A stretch of 64,000 nucleotides of DNA from Parcubacteria group bacterium GW2011_GWD2_38_12 (GTDB taxonomy: Bacteria > Patescibacteriota > Minisyncoccia > GWC2-36-17). The notes beneath the pieces were generated by a model. That model was not told the origin of the DNA. It saw only the letters and a list, made by a program, of their open reading frames with translations, and made no database searches. A program made the position numbers and the translations under genes. The DNA lies in the NCBI GenBank assembly GCA_000992345.1, contig LBUA01000001.1, forward strand, positions 81,711-145,710. The letters are read 5' to 3'. Below are positions 47,959-58,565 of this stretch, piece by piece. Every line of letters starts with the position of its first letter. Within the stretch, counting starts at the first letter, position 1.

Positions 47959-49375
47959 ATTGCTTGGGTTGACGATGCTTGAAGAAGAATCAGGCAAAAA
48001 AGAAGTTGCTTGTGGCAAGGAGCTTGAAGCACTGATGTCTTTTGCGGCCTATGGATGTTATGAAGGCGAAAAGCCGCATATAGGCAAAGTGATTAATTTG
48101 AAAAACAGGATATTTGACACGGGACATCACACAATACTTCAGCATATATATGCGACATTTTGGCTGGAGGGGTTGGCAATCAGCGATTTTACCTTTGGAT
48201 TGCATCTTGCGCATTCGTTTTATAATTCCAGCCAGCGATCAGGCCGGTTTTGTTCCAGTATGTTTTCCAAGCCCGATTTTACGGCTCTGGCAAACTATAT
48301 TCATGCGTACTGGCCAACATTGAAAGACAGGCAATTTGCCGCTATTTTAGGTCTTGTGAGAAAAGGCGCGAAAATCTATGAAGATAATCTCATCGTTGCG
48401 ATGGAACACGCCGCGAAATATATCAAACAAGAACGGCCTCTTGCCACAGAAAAATATATCAATCAAAATGCTCTGAAATTTGCGCAAGAACAGTTAAGGG
48501 TATTTCTGCCGACCATATTTCCAACAGCCGCGACTTTCACAATCAACCTTTCAACACTTTCCAGTTTATGCCAAACAGCATGGTCTCCGACATTAAAAGA
48601 TATCTCTAGAAAAATGGCGGATTTAATCATCCAAAAGTGCCCAAATATTGCTTTTATGTTTGAATCAGTTAATTCCAAAGAATCAGAGAAATTCTGGAGA
48701 TGGACGCCGGATTTCAATTATGGAGATAATATCGAGGTTTTATACAAACCAAAAATTAAATTAATTGATTTAGAATATAATCCTGAATCTGCATTTCCCG
48801 AGGAATCAATGACTCACCCAGCTGATTTACTAAATTTTCACCCTTGTTTTATGAAAAACAGGAAAACAAGATTCAAGACAAAGGTGGAAATATCGGTGGC
48901 TACCATGGGACAAGATCAAAGGCACAGGACAACGAATAGAACTGAGCCGCGCATAACGGGAAATTTTTATTTGCCGCCGCTCGCAGCGCTTTGCAGATTA
49001 GAAGATGAAGCATTGGAAATTATGAATTTATATAGGGATATTGCCTGGGATTTATCGCAAGATCAAGATAATAAAACGCTTGTGACAGCGATTATTCCTT
49101 ATGGCGCGATGGTTGAATACGAAAAAGAATTTGATTTAAATTCTGCCATCCATGAGATGTCAAAAAGAGGATGCTGGTGCGCTCAAGAAGAGATTTATCA
49201 TTTGGCTAGCGGATTAAGAAATTTGATAGATCAGGGATATATGGATTTTCAGGAGAGAGATCTTTTAAAAATTTTTCTCCCCGCGTGTTTGAAAAACGGT
49301 AAATGCGGAGAAGGCGCAAGATATTGCGGACGCGATATCGGGCAAAAACCGCATTTTCCTGAAAGAAAAATATAA
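47945..49375 (+). CDS. thyX: Long, divergent FAD-dependent thymidylate synthase (ThyX-like)
   Basis: GHHTILQH, SQRSGRF, EQLR..LP, QDQRHR and CAQEEI; about two ThyX-sized domains. Confidence 0.7.
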   Translation: MIKVELLGLTMLEEESGKKEVACGKELEALMSFAAYGCYEGEKPHIGKVINLKNRIFDTGHHTILQHIYATFWLEGLAISDFTFGLHLAHSFYNSSQRSGRFCSSMFSKPDFTALANYIHAYWPTLKDRQFAAILGLVRKGAKIYEDNLIVAMEHAAKYIKQERPLATEKYINQNALKFAQEQLRVFLPTIFPTAATFTINLSTLSSLCQTAWSPTLKDISRKMADLIIQKCPNIAFMFESVNSKESEKFWRWTPDFNYGDNIEVLYKPKIKLIDLEYNPESAFPEESMTHPADLLNFHPCFMKNRKTRFKTKVEISVATMGQDQRHRTTNRTEPRITGNFYLPPLAALCRLEDEALEIMNLYRDIAWDLSQDQDNKTLVTAIIPYGAMVEYEKEFDLNSAIHEMSKRGCWCAQEEIYHLASGLRNLIDQGYMDFQERDLLKIFLPACLKNGKCGEGARYCGRDIGQKPHFPERKI

Positions 49376-49400
49376 TCCATCAGTTGGCGGATTGAAATTT

Positions 49401-49537
49401 CGTCGGGTCTCGCAAATGAATTTAGAAAGATTCATTTGCCTCGCCCCTAGAAATTATATTTGTTTCACGCATATAATTACGTCGGGTCTCGCAAATGAAT
49501 TTAGAAAGATTCATTTGCCTCGCCCCTAGAAATTATA
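49401..49537. repeat. 58-bp exact direct repeat x2 with internal hairpin and 21-bp spacer
   Basis: 49401-49458 is identical to 49480-49537. Confidence 0.9.
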
Positions 49538-49543
49538 AAAAAT

Positions 49544-49578
49544 AAAGCGGCGATTTCTTAAAGAAATCGCCGCTTTTT
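49544..49578 (+). terminator. Terminator after the thyX-like unit
   Basis: AAAGCGGCGATTTCTT/AAGAAATCGCCGCTTT. Confidence 0.8.
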
Positions 49579-49631
49579 ACTTGATAAACAAACTATTGAC
49601 TCCATCACAATTTTCATATAAAATAATGTTC

Positions 49632-49913
49632 ATGCTAAAAATCAGATTACAAAGAGTCGGGAAAAGAAATGACGCAAAATTCAGATTAGTGGTCATTGAA
49701 CATACTGGCAAACCCAAAAGCGGATCTTTAGAAACCTTGGGTTTTTATGATCCCAAAACCGATGAAAGGGGATTTAACGCCGAAAAAATAAAATATTGGA
49801 TTTCAAAGGGCGCCAAAGCTTCCGATACTGTGCATAATATGCTTATTAAAAATCAGATTATTTCCGGGAAGAAAATTGCCGTTCACAAAATAAAAAAAGA
49901 GAAAAAGAAATAA
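49632..49913 (+). CDS. rpsP: 30S ribosomal protein S16
   Basis: MLKIRLQRVGK, LGFYDP and YWISKGA..SDTV; ATG 49632. Confidence 0.95.
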   Translation: MLKIRLQRVGKRNDAKFRLVVIEHTGKPKSGSLETLGFYDPKTDERGFNAEKIKYWISKGAKASDTVHNMLIKNQIISGKKIAVHKIKKEKKK

Positions 49914-49926
49914 TAAAGATTTAGTG

Positions 49927-49954
49927 TTGACAAGTTTATAATTTCGACTAAAAT
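49927..49954 (+). promoter_or_regulatory. 16S rRNA promoter
   Basis: TTGACA-N16-TAAAAT, followed by a hairpin (49998-50038) and boxA-like GTTTTTTAAAAA (50066-50077). Confidence 0.7.
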
Positions 49955-50179
49955 ATAAATCTATTCCATTAAATTCAAATAGTTGGGTTAAGTAGTTCAA
50001 CCGCGAAGACTTTTACTATATGAAAGTCTTCGCGGTTGTGTTATTCATAAAGACATAACCGAAGAGTTTTTTAAAAAATAAATAGTTAATTGAGAGTCCA
50101 AATTTTTATAGTTGTTCCGAATAAAAATCCTCTTTTTTATTTATAAAAACGAGGTAGATTTCATTTGAGCAATGAAATC

Positions 50180-51746
<1,567 letters not shown>

Positions 51747-51969
51747 TAGGGAGTCCGTTCAGTCGGACAAATCTCAATATATTTTTACCTCTGCCAATCC
51801 TTTGCGGGATAGACACGTAAAAATAGAGATGCTTTTCTCTGGAGGAGTCGATTGGATTGATTGTTGGAATTCGACAATTAATCTCAGGGCATTAGCCGAA
51901 CGCCCCAAACATCGGCTGGCTATTTTGAGGCCTAAATCAAAATACTCGGAACAACTATAAAGATTTGAA

Positions 51970-52013
51970 CAACAAAAACCCCCACTGCCTAGGCAAGTGG
52001 GGGTTTTTTGTTG
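51970..52013 (+). terminator. Terminator after 16S
   Basis: AAAAACCCCCACT/AGTGGGGGTTTTT. Confidence 0.85.
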
Positions 52014-52021
52014 TAAGATGA

Positions 52022-53266
52022 ATGCATATGATATCCGCCTACATATATATTTCTATTTTAGCCGCGCTTCTTATAATATTTTTTATTTTAAGCGCTGTTT
52101 TAATTATTTTAATAAGAAGAAGGCCGGGAAAAAATATTGAAGCGAGCATAAAAACGATAATTCCCATAGTGTCGCCCCTATTAGACAACGCATTTTTCTG
52201 GGTTAATCTTGACGGGTTTATATCTTTCGCGAATGATCACGCCCTGAAAATTCTAAAAATAGACAGTAAAGAAATAGAAAAGACTAATCTGGCGTCGATT
52301 TTCGCATCGAATGAAGACGTTAATAAAATACTCCTGATGGAATCGGACAGACCGTTAAAATTACAAACAAATCTCATTTCCAGAGACAAAGAAATCATCC
52401 CGACTCAATTAAACGCTGTCTTGATAAAAGCGCTCAATAATCCGATAGGATATATTTTAATAGCAGACGACATTCATCTTCGCGAAATAATGAATGCGCG
52501 TCTAGAGATGGAGAAATGTAAAAAATCCGCCGATGATCACAGTAGAATTCATCATGAATACTCCGAAAAAATAAATAAATTAAATACAATTATTCAAAAA
52601 ATCTTTAGCGCGCCTCAAAATGATTTAATAAATATTATTAAGGAATTTAGCGGGGAGTTGCATAATCTTTTTGAATCATATATGACAACCTGCTGGATAC
52701 TGGAAGATGGCAACGAGAAATTAAAGTTAATTGCTCAATATGGACTATCAGAAAAAGGAATAGAAAAATTTGAAAAAGATTTTCCGACAAGCAATAAAAT
52801 AATACAATCCCTTGACCGTAAAGAAGTAACTCTCAACGATATTTCGCTTATGCAAAATTCTCTACGCGTTTTATTGACACAGGAGGGAGTTTCCAATATT
52901 GCTGAAGTCCCATTTTTTCGCAAAGATGCGCCATGTGGCGTATTGGAATTTTATCTAAAAAATAAGAGCGATAGCGAAGTAACCAAACAACTCTTAAATC
53001 ACATTTCTGTTTTACTCACCACAATATGCAGTATCTTTTATATAAAAATTTCCAACGATAATGAGGTTAAGAGGTTGCATGAAGAAAAAACGGCAACAGA
53101 AAAAAGGCTAATGGAAAAAGTGGAATCTTGCAGTCTTGAACTTGAGGAGTTGAGACAATTGCAAAAACTGACAATCGGCAGAGAATTAAAAATACTGGAA
53201 TTAAAAAAGAAAATAAGCGAATTGGAAGACGCTATGCCTGACGGCAGGCAGGCCACGCAAGAATAA
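52022..53266 (+). CDS. Membrane-anchored PAS/GAF sensor protein without kinase domain
   Basis: N-terminal TM, PAS-like and GAF-like segments, C-terminal IGRELKILELK coiled coil. Confidence 0.7.
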   Translation: MHMISAYIYISILAALLIIFFILSAVLIILIRRRPGKNIEASIKTIIPIVSPLLDNAFFWVNLDGFISFANDHALKILKIDSKEIEKTNLASIFASNEDVNKILLMESDRPLKLQTNLISRDKEIIPTQLNAVLIKALNNPIGYILIADDIHLREIMNARLEMEKCKKSADDHSRIHHEYSEKINKLNTIIQKIFSAPQNDLINIIKEFSGELHNLFESYMTTCWILEDGNEKLKLIAQYGLSEKGIEKFEKDFPTSNKIIQSLDRKEVTLNDISLMQNSLRVLLTQEGVSNIAEVPFFRKDAPCGVLEFYLKNKSDSEVTKQLLNHISVLLTTICSIFYIKISNDNEVKRLHEEKTATEKRLMEKVESCSLELEELRQLQKLTIGRELKILELKKKISELEDAMPDGRQATQE

Positions 53267-53274
53267 GCGCTGTC

Positions 53275-54699
53275 ATGATACTTGTAATTCCGTCACTCGC
53301 TCCAGATGAAAGTAAATTTTCACCTGTGGACTCGCTAGAATTACAATTTCACAATATAGCTATGGCAAATAAAGATATTTTTTTAAATAAATACGAAACC
53401 AAAGAATACAGCAAAAAGGAAGAAGAGAAGGCAATCATAAATTTGCTCGAAGACTTAAATATAAAATTTCAAGAAATTGATCGATCCAACAAGTCTCTTA
53501 GAGATTCGGGAATAGCAACACTTAATATACTTGACGACTATATTACCCTAAATAAGTATATTGAAAAAGAAAGCGCGAAAACACAAGCCATACTGACCAA
53601 TATGAATGACGGACTTTATGTAGTTGATTTCAATGAAAAAATAATGCTTTTTAATTCGGCTGCAGAAAAGATGTTTGGCTGGACACAAGAAGAAGTACTC
53701 GGTAAGAAAGATTCTGATATCTTTACTAAAATAAAATTTGCTAATTTAGCGACATATGAAACCGGGGGACTATCAAAAATGATTCATAATACATGGAAAC
53801 AAGGAAAAACCATAAATCTATCCTTTCTTTCTTTGCCACAAAAAAATAATACTGAGGTTATAGTGTCAATTTCCGCGGCTCCCATCCTTGATGCCAATAA
53901 AAATATCATCTCCGGAGTTGTGACCCTACGCGATATGCGACATGAATTTGAAATAGACAGGGCAAAAACTGAATTCGTATCAGTGGCCTCCCATCAATTA
54001 CGTACTCCGCTTGCCGCGATTAAATGGTTTTTAGAGTTAATATTTGACGGAGATGCAGGAAAAATAACAGCAAAACAAAAAGATTTTTTTTCTCAAATCA
54101 ACGAATCCACTGAAAGAATGATAGACTTAGTTAATGCTCTTTTGAATGTTTCTAGGATAGAAACCGGCAGAATTATTATTGATCCCCAGCCAACGGATCT
54201 CGTAGCATTAACTCAAAAAACAATAGCAGAAATGAATCCGATTTTTGAAAAACGAAAACAAGTTTTCACATTCATTAAGCCCAAAGACGATATCCCCAAT
54301 ATCAATATAGATCCCAAACTTGTTTTTGAAGTAATAATCAACATTCTTTCCAATGCTTCAAAATATACGCCAGAGAAAAAATCAATAAAATTAAGCATTG
54401 AAAAAATTGATAAAGAGGTGCTATTCAAAATAACTGATACGGGATACGGGATACCGGCTCATCAGCAACACAGGATATTTGAAAAATTCTTCAGGGGAGA
54501 AAATATAATGAAACATGCGCCAGAAGGCACGGGGCTTGGTCTTTACATAGTGAAAGCTATTGTGGAATCATCGGGTGGACGTATTTGGTTTAGTTCGGAA
54601 GAAGATCGCGGAACGACTTTTTATTTTGCTTTGCCACTTACAGGAAGCGTGGCAAGAACAGGAGATAAAAGCGTAGAACTGACGAAGAGATTCATCTGA
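53275..54699 (+). CDS. PAS sensor histidine kinase (cytoplasmic; start possibly 53362)
   Basis: PAS (FNSAAEKMFGW), SHQLRTPL, NASKYT and GTGLGL. Confidence 0.9.
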   Translation: MILVIPSLAPDESKFSPVDSLELQFHNIAMANKDIFLNKYETKEYSKKEEEKAIINLLEDLNIKFQEIDRSNKSLRDSGIATLNILDDYITLNKYIEKESAKTQAILTNMNDGLYVVDFNEKIMLFNSAAEKMFGWTQEEVLGKKDSDIFTKIKFANLATYETGGLSKMIHNTWKQGKTINLSFLSLPQKNNTEVIVSISAAPILDANKNIISGVVTLRDMRHEFEIDRAKTEFVSVASHQLRTPLAAIKWFLELIFDGDAGKITAKQKDFFSQINESTERMIDLVNALLNVSRIETGRIIIDPQPTDLVALTQKTIAEMNPIFEKRKQVFTFIKPKDDIPNINIDPKLVFEVIINILSNASKYTPEKKSIKLSIEKIDKEVLFKITDTGYGIPAHQQHRIFEKFFRGENIMKHAPEGTGLGLYIVKAIVESSGGRIWFSSEEDRGTTFYFALPLTGSVARTGDKSVELTKRFI

Positions 54700-54737
54700 A
54701 GTAACTCCCAACGATTGACATTTGACGATTGACAATC

Positions 54738-54765
54738 AAAAACTCGGCAGATCTGCCGAGTTTTT
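54738..54765. terminator. Bidirectional terminator
   Basis: AAAAACTCGGCAGATCTGCCGAGTTTTT palindrome. Confidence 0.75.
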
Positions 54766-54775
54766 ATAATTATAT

Positions 54776-54850
54776 TGGTGCGCGTGGAAGGAATCGGACC
54801 TTCTGCCACTTCATTATCAGTGAAGTGCTCTACCAATGAGCTACACGCGC
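54776..54850 (-). tRNA. tRNA-Ile(GAU)
   Basis: GCGCGTG...CACGCGC-ACCA, anticodon loop CT-GAT-AA. Confidence 0.92.
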
Positions 54851-54976
54851 AAAATTGACTAAATTTACAGTTAGTAGTTAACAATTAACCATATAAATAT
54901 ATAGAGATTTTAGTGAAAAATCAAGGCGCCCAAGTTAAATGTTATTTGTTAAATGTTAAATGGCGGCTTTTTGAGG

Positions 54977-54985
54977 TTATCCACA
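54977..54985 (+). promoter_or_regulatory. DnaA box
   Basis: TTATCCACA, perfect consensus. Confidence 0.45.
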
Positions 54986-55188
54986 GGAGATGGCAGAATG
55001 GGTATATTATTTAAGCCAAATTTTTGGTATAATTTAATCAGCAGAACTGTTTTAAAGACAGTCCTATCTGCTTTAACTGGTCGATATTACTTATTTGAAA
55101 GTTCTTAATTACTAGTAGTTAATAATTTAAATTAATAATCTAATAAAGCACTAATGATTTTAAGGGTGGCCACTTTTAAAATCAATAA

Positions 55189-55896
55189 ATGCGAATAAAC
55201 AAACAAAAAGTGATTTATCAAAACTGGTACGATATTTTTGCTGTTTCATTCCAAGCGGTATGGGATAAATTCTTTTCTGCATTGCCAAATGTTTTTGTGG
55301 CAATCATTATCTTCATTATCGGTTGGGTTTTGGCGCATGCTGTTAGCAAAACAATCAAAAGCATAGTTGCTCTCACAAAGATTGACAATGCTCTAGCTAA
55401 ACTTAAAGTTGATCAAGTTATTTCAAGATTCGGTTGGAGACTTGATGCCGGAAAATTTATTGGGGAATTAGTGAGGTGGTTCTTGATTATCGCGTTCTTA
55501 TTGGTATCGTCCGATATTGTCGGTCTTTCAGCAGTATCTCAATTCTTAAGCGACATTTTACTCTACATTCCTAATGTAGTAATAGCCGCTGTTATTTTGT
55601 TGATAGCCGCTATCGTTTCCAATTTCTTACAGAGAATCGTTGTTGCATCCGCTTCGGCTGCGCAACTTGCCGCTGCAAATTTTGCTGGTCTCGTAACAAA
55701 ATGGGCGGTATTGATATTGGGTTTCTTAATTGCTGTTGAACAGCTCGGCATTGCCCAAATTTATCTTGGTACTCTCTATACCGGAATTATTGCCATGCTA
55801 GCTATTGCTGGCGGTTTGGCATTCGGTCTTGGAGGTAAAGATCAAGCATCCGCATTTCTTTCACGACTTAGCGAAGAAGCAAGAGAGAGAAGATAA
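55189..55896 (+). CDS. Mechanosensitive channel-like TM-helix repeat protein (CmpX-like)
   Basis: LP...AIIIFIIGW, YIPNV.AA and AFGLGGKD. Confidence 0.85.
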   Translation: MRINKQKVIYQNWYDIFAVSFQAVWDKFFSALPNVFVAIIIFIIGWVLAHAVSKTIKSIVALTKIDNALAKLKVDQVISRFGWRLDAGKFIGELVRWFLIIAFLLVSSDIVGLSAVSQFLSDILLYIPNVVIAAVILLIAAIVSNFLQRIVVASASAAQLAAANFAGLVTKWAVLILGFLIAVEQLGIAQIYLGTLYTGIIAMLAIAGGLAFGLGGKDQASAFLSRLSEEARERR

Positions 55897-55918
55897 TTTC
55901 TTCAAAGAATTAGAATTC

Positions 55919-55960
55919 TTTTAAAACAAAAACCCCTTAATCGGGGTTTTTGTTTTAAAA
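55919..55960. terminator. Bidirectional terminator
   Basis: TTTTAAAACAAAAACCCC/GGGGTTTTTGTTTTAAAA. Confidence 0.8.
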
Positions 55961-55977
55961 TATATTATTAATATTTC

Positions 55978-55986
55978 TGTGGATAA
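55978..55986 (-). promoter_or_regulatory. DnaA box
   Basis: TGTGGATAA on +, i.e. TTATCCACA on the minus strand. Confidence 0.4.
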
Positions 55987-55990
55987 ACTC

Positions 55991-56227
55991 TTATAAATTC
56001 GTATACGGCATCAAGGCCATAAATCTGGCCCTTTTAATTGCCAAAGCTAAGGCTCTTTGGTGCTTTGCGCAACATTTACTGCGTCTTACTGGCTTAATTT
56101 TAGCTTGCATAGAGACAAACTTTCTTAAAAGTTCAGACTCTTTATAATCAATATAGCCAATGTTCAACCTGCAAAAATAGCAGGATTTTTTTTCTAAAAT
56201 CTCAATGGTATTTTGTTTGTGATACAT
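55991..56227 (-). CDS. rpsR: 30S ribosomal protein S18
   Basis: CYFC, IDYK and CAKHQR.LA.AIKRAR. Confidence 0.95.
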   Translation of the reverse strand: MYHKQNTIEILEKKSCYFCRLNIGYIDYKESELLRKFVSMQAKIKPVRRSKCCAKHQRALALAIKRARFMALMPYTNL

Positions 56228-56232
56228 GTAAA

Positions 56233-56337
56233 CGCGATACTAATATACTAATACATGCTAATGATACGAATAATACTAATGAAATTCATTCGTATTATTC
56301 GTTGCATTCGTACCGATTCGTATATTGGCATTATATT
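56233..56337. repeat. TACTAAT/ATTCGTA fold-back element, copy 1
   Basis: Shares both ends with 56795-56886. Confidence 0.75.
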
Positions 56338-56340
56338 TTC

Positions 56341-56781
56341 TTAAAATGGTATATCTTTCATCTCTATTTCTCCATCGCTCTCAATAACCGGGATTTCCTC
56401 GCCGGAACTCGATTGTTTTTCATCACTCAATCTATTATCAGAAGAATTGCCGCTCAGCTTCGGACCCATTTGCATTCCCTCCGCGATAACCTCTGTTTTA
56501 TATTTTTTTGTGCCATCTGGCGCATCCCATGACCTTGTCTCAACACGACCCTCAATAAAAACCAGTTTTCCCTTTTGAAGATATTGGGCGCATATCTCTC
56601 CCAACTTTCCCCAAGCCACGATATTATGGAACTCCGCCTTTTTTTGTTTCTGTCCTTCTTTATCCGTCCACATTCTATTTGTTGCTATTGAGAAATTAGC
56701 AACAGTTTGTCCGGAGGGAGTAGTTCTTGATTCCGGATCTCTGGCTACATTACCGAGAAGAAATATTTTATTTAAATTCAT
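56341..56781 (-). CDS. ssb: Single-stranded DNA-binding protein
   Basis: NK..L.GN..RDPE, ATNR and C-terminal DIPF. Confidence 0.97.
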   Translation of the reverse strand: MNLNKIFLLGNVARDPESRTTPSGQTVANFSIATNRMWTDKEGQKQKKAEFHNIVAWGKLGEICAQYLQKGKLVFIEGRVETRSWDAPDGTKKYKTEVIAEGMQMGPKLSGNSSDNRLSDEKQSSSGEEIPVIESDGEIEMKDIPF

Positions 56782-56794
56782 ACACTTTGCTTGC

Positions 56795-56886
56795 GCGATA
56801 CTAATATACTAATAGCATACGAATTATACTAATCCGCCGCCGCGGATTCGTTGTATTCGTATCGATTCGTATATTGGTATTATATT
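56795..56886. repeat. TACTAAT/ATTCGTA fold-back element, copy 2
   Basis: CGCGATACTAATATACTAATA...GATTCGTATATTGG. Confidence 0.75.
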
Positions 56887-57343
56887 AGCTAGTTTTTTCT
56901 AGGATTTCTTCCAATTTCTTTTCTATCTCCGCTTCCAATTTCAGTTTATCTTCGGATTTTACAGATTTTCTTGATTGACTTTCGCTTGGCTGAGTAATTC
57001 TTTGGAACTTTTCCTTGATTTCTTCTTCTTGGCGCTTCATGAAGGACAAATAATTATTATCAACAGTAATAACAAGATATCTTAAAATATAATCCTCTAA
57101 TCTTAATTTTTTGTCCAGGGATTTCAAATCCCTTGGGTTGAGATTAAAAAGCATATAGCCAAAATAACCCTGCTTTGCTTTTTTTATGGGGTAGGTGAGT
57201 TTTTTTTTCTGGACTGTTTGTTCTTTGATGATTTCACCGGAAAATTCAGCAATTGAATCTTTTATTTTCTGAAGATAGACGTTTTGTACTTCCTCTTCTT
57301 TAATATCCGGATTTAAAAAATATGCTATTTCGTATTGTGTCAT
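56885..57343 (-). CDS. rpsF: 30S ribosomal protein S6
   Basis: YE...L.P, KLTYPIKK...GY and ILRYL; rpsF-ssb-rpsR order. Confidence 0.93.
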   Translation of the reverse strand: MTQYEIAYFLNPDIKEEEVQNVYLQKIKDSIAEFSGEIIKEQTVQKKKLTYPIKKAKQGYFGYMLFNLNPRDLKSLDKKLRLEDYILRYLVITVDNNYLSFMKRQEEEIKEKFQRITQPSESQSRKSVKSEDKLKLEAEIEKKLEEILEKTS

Positions 57344-57735
57344 GCCGATTTTGTCCCCATGGAATATAAATTATTTAATTAATTTATAATTGAAAGGGAA
57401 TTAATCAATTATTTACTTTGAAAATGTAGCGCCTAATTATTTTATTTCATGGGGCTACAAAATTGAGCACCCTGTTAAATAAAATTTGAGAATACCCCTC
57501 AAATTTTAACTTTGATTTTTTAAAAATCAAAGTTATTTAACGGGGTAAGGTTTTGTATCTAAAATTTATACGTTCTGCGGACTTCAAATTTTAGACAAAA
57601 CCCTTAGATACCCCTACCAAAGTTGAGTATAATCTACTATGAAATAATAAAAAAAGCAAGCAAAAACCCCCAGATATCGGGGGTTAGTAATGGTCTTTGA
57701 CCCTAGAATATAATACCTTATTAATAATATGACAA

Positions 57736-57939
57736 TCAGCAACCGTTTTGGTCCCGTATATAACTTACCGCGCCGCATTTTTTGCAATACTTGTAAAAAA
57801 ATACTGGAGGGATCAATCTATCACCAGTCGGCGTATTAAATGTAGTATGCACAAGACCTGTTTCTAAAATTTCTCCTCCGCATTCTTTGGGACGCCCCTC
57901 TTTTATGTATGCCAGTCTGCATATCTTTGACATACCCAA
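57736..57939 (-). CDS. Hypothetical Zn-ribbon-like small protein
   Basis: ECGG..., YCKKCG; AAGGAGG SD. Confidence 0.6.
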   Translation of the reverse strand: MGMSKICRLAYIKEGRPKECGGEILETGLVHTTFNTPTGDRLIPPVFFYKYCKKCGAVSYIRDQNGC

Positions 57940-57980
57940 CCTCCTTATTTTATTGTTCTATTCTTCACATTTTCATTATA

Positions 57981-58469
57981 TCAAGCACCCGCGTCCTTCT
58001 TTTTAATATCATATTGCTTCAGAAGGGCATCAACTATAATTTTTATTCCTTCTTTGTTGCGATATCGGAAGGTTATATTCTGGCACTCACAGATATTGTA
58101 ATCAACACCACATAAAGCTTGTCTTATGTGCAACTCAAGAGCATTCTCTATGCGTCCATAAAACTCCTGCTGATCCTTGAATTCTTTGGCTCTCTTAGTA
58201 AACAAAGCATCATCTTTTTCCTTTACGGCTTCAACCGATTCTTTGGTCTTTGGCTGAAAATATAAGGCCTTTCTACCACACCGCTCCTTTTTGGGCCAAA
58301 AAACACCAAACAAAGCATCAAGCATCCCATCATCCATGCGAAAGCCGCAACAAGAATGCTTATTATTTTCAGGGTGATAGCAACCACCGCCTATTTGATT
58401 ATCCGAATAAAATGCACATTCCCCACAGACAAGTAGCCAGTTGAATTCATCTTTATTATTTTTCTGCAT
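57981..58469 (-). CDS. Hypothetical Cys-rich protein
   Basis: 162 aa; TTGACT-N17-TATAAA promoter, G-rich SD. Confidence 0.7.
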   Translation of the reverse strand: MQKNNKDEFNWLLVCGECAFYSDNQIGGGCYHPENNKHSCCGFRMDDGMLDALFGVFWPKKERCGRKALYFQPKTKESVEAVKEKDDALFTKRAKEFKDQQEFYGRIENALELHIRQALCGVDYNICECQNITFRYRNKEGIKIIVDALLKQYDIKKKDAGA

Positions 58470-58565
58470 TTCGATTAACCCCCCCCTTTTTTAAGAACCT
58501 TCTTTGCCATATTTATAATCCAAAGATTAACCAAAGTCAATTATTTCGTTTTCAATAATGTCCTC

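Noticed and set aside
49401-49537. CRISPR array
   Set aside because: Only two units, the 58-bp repeat is longer than its 21-bp spacer, and no cas genes are in the window.
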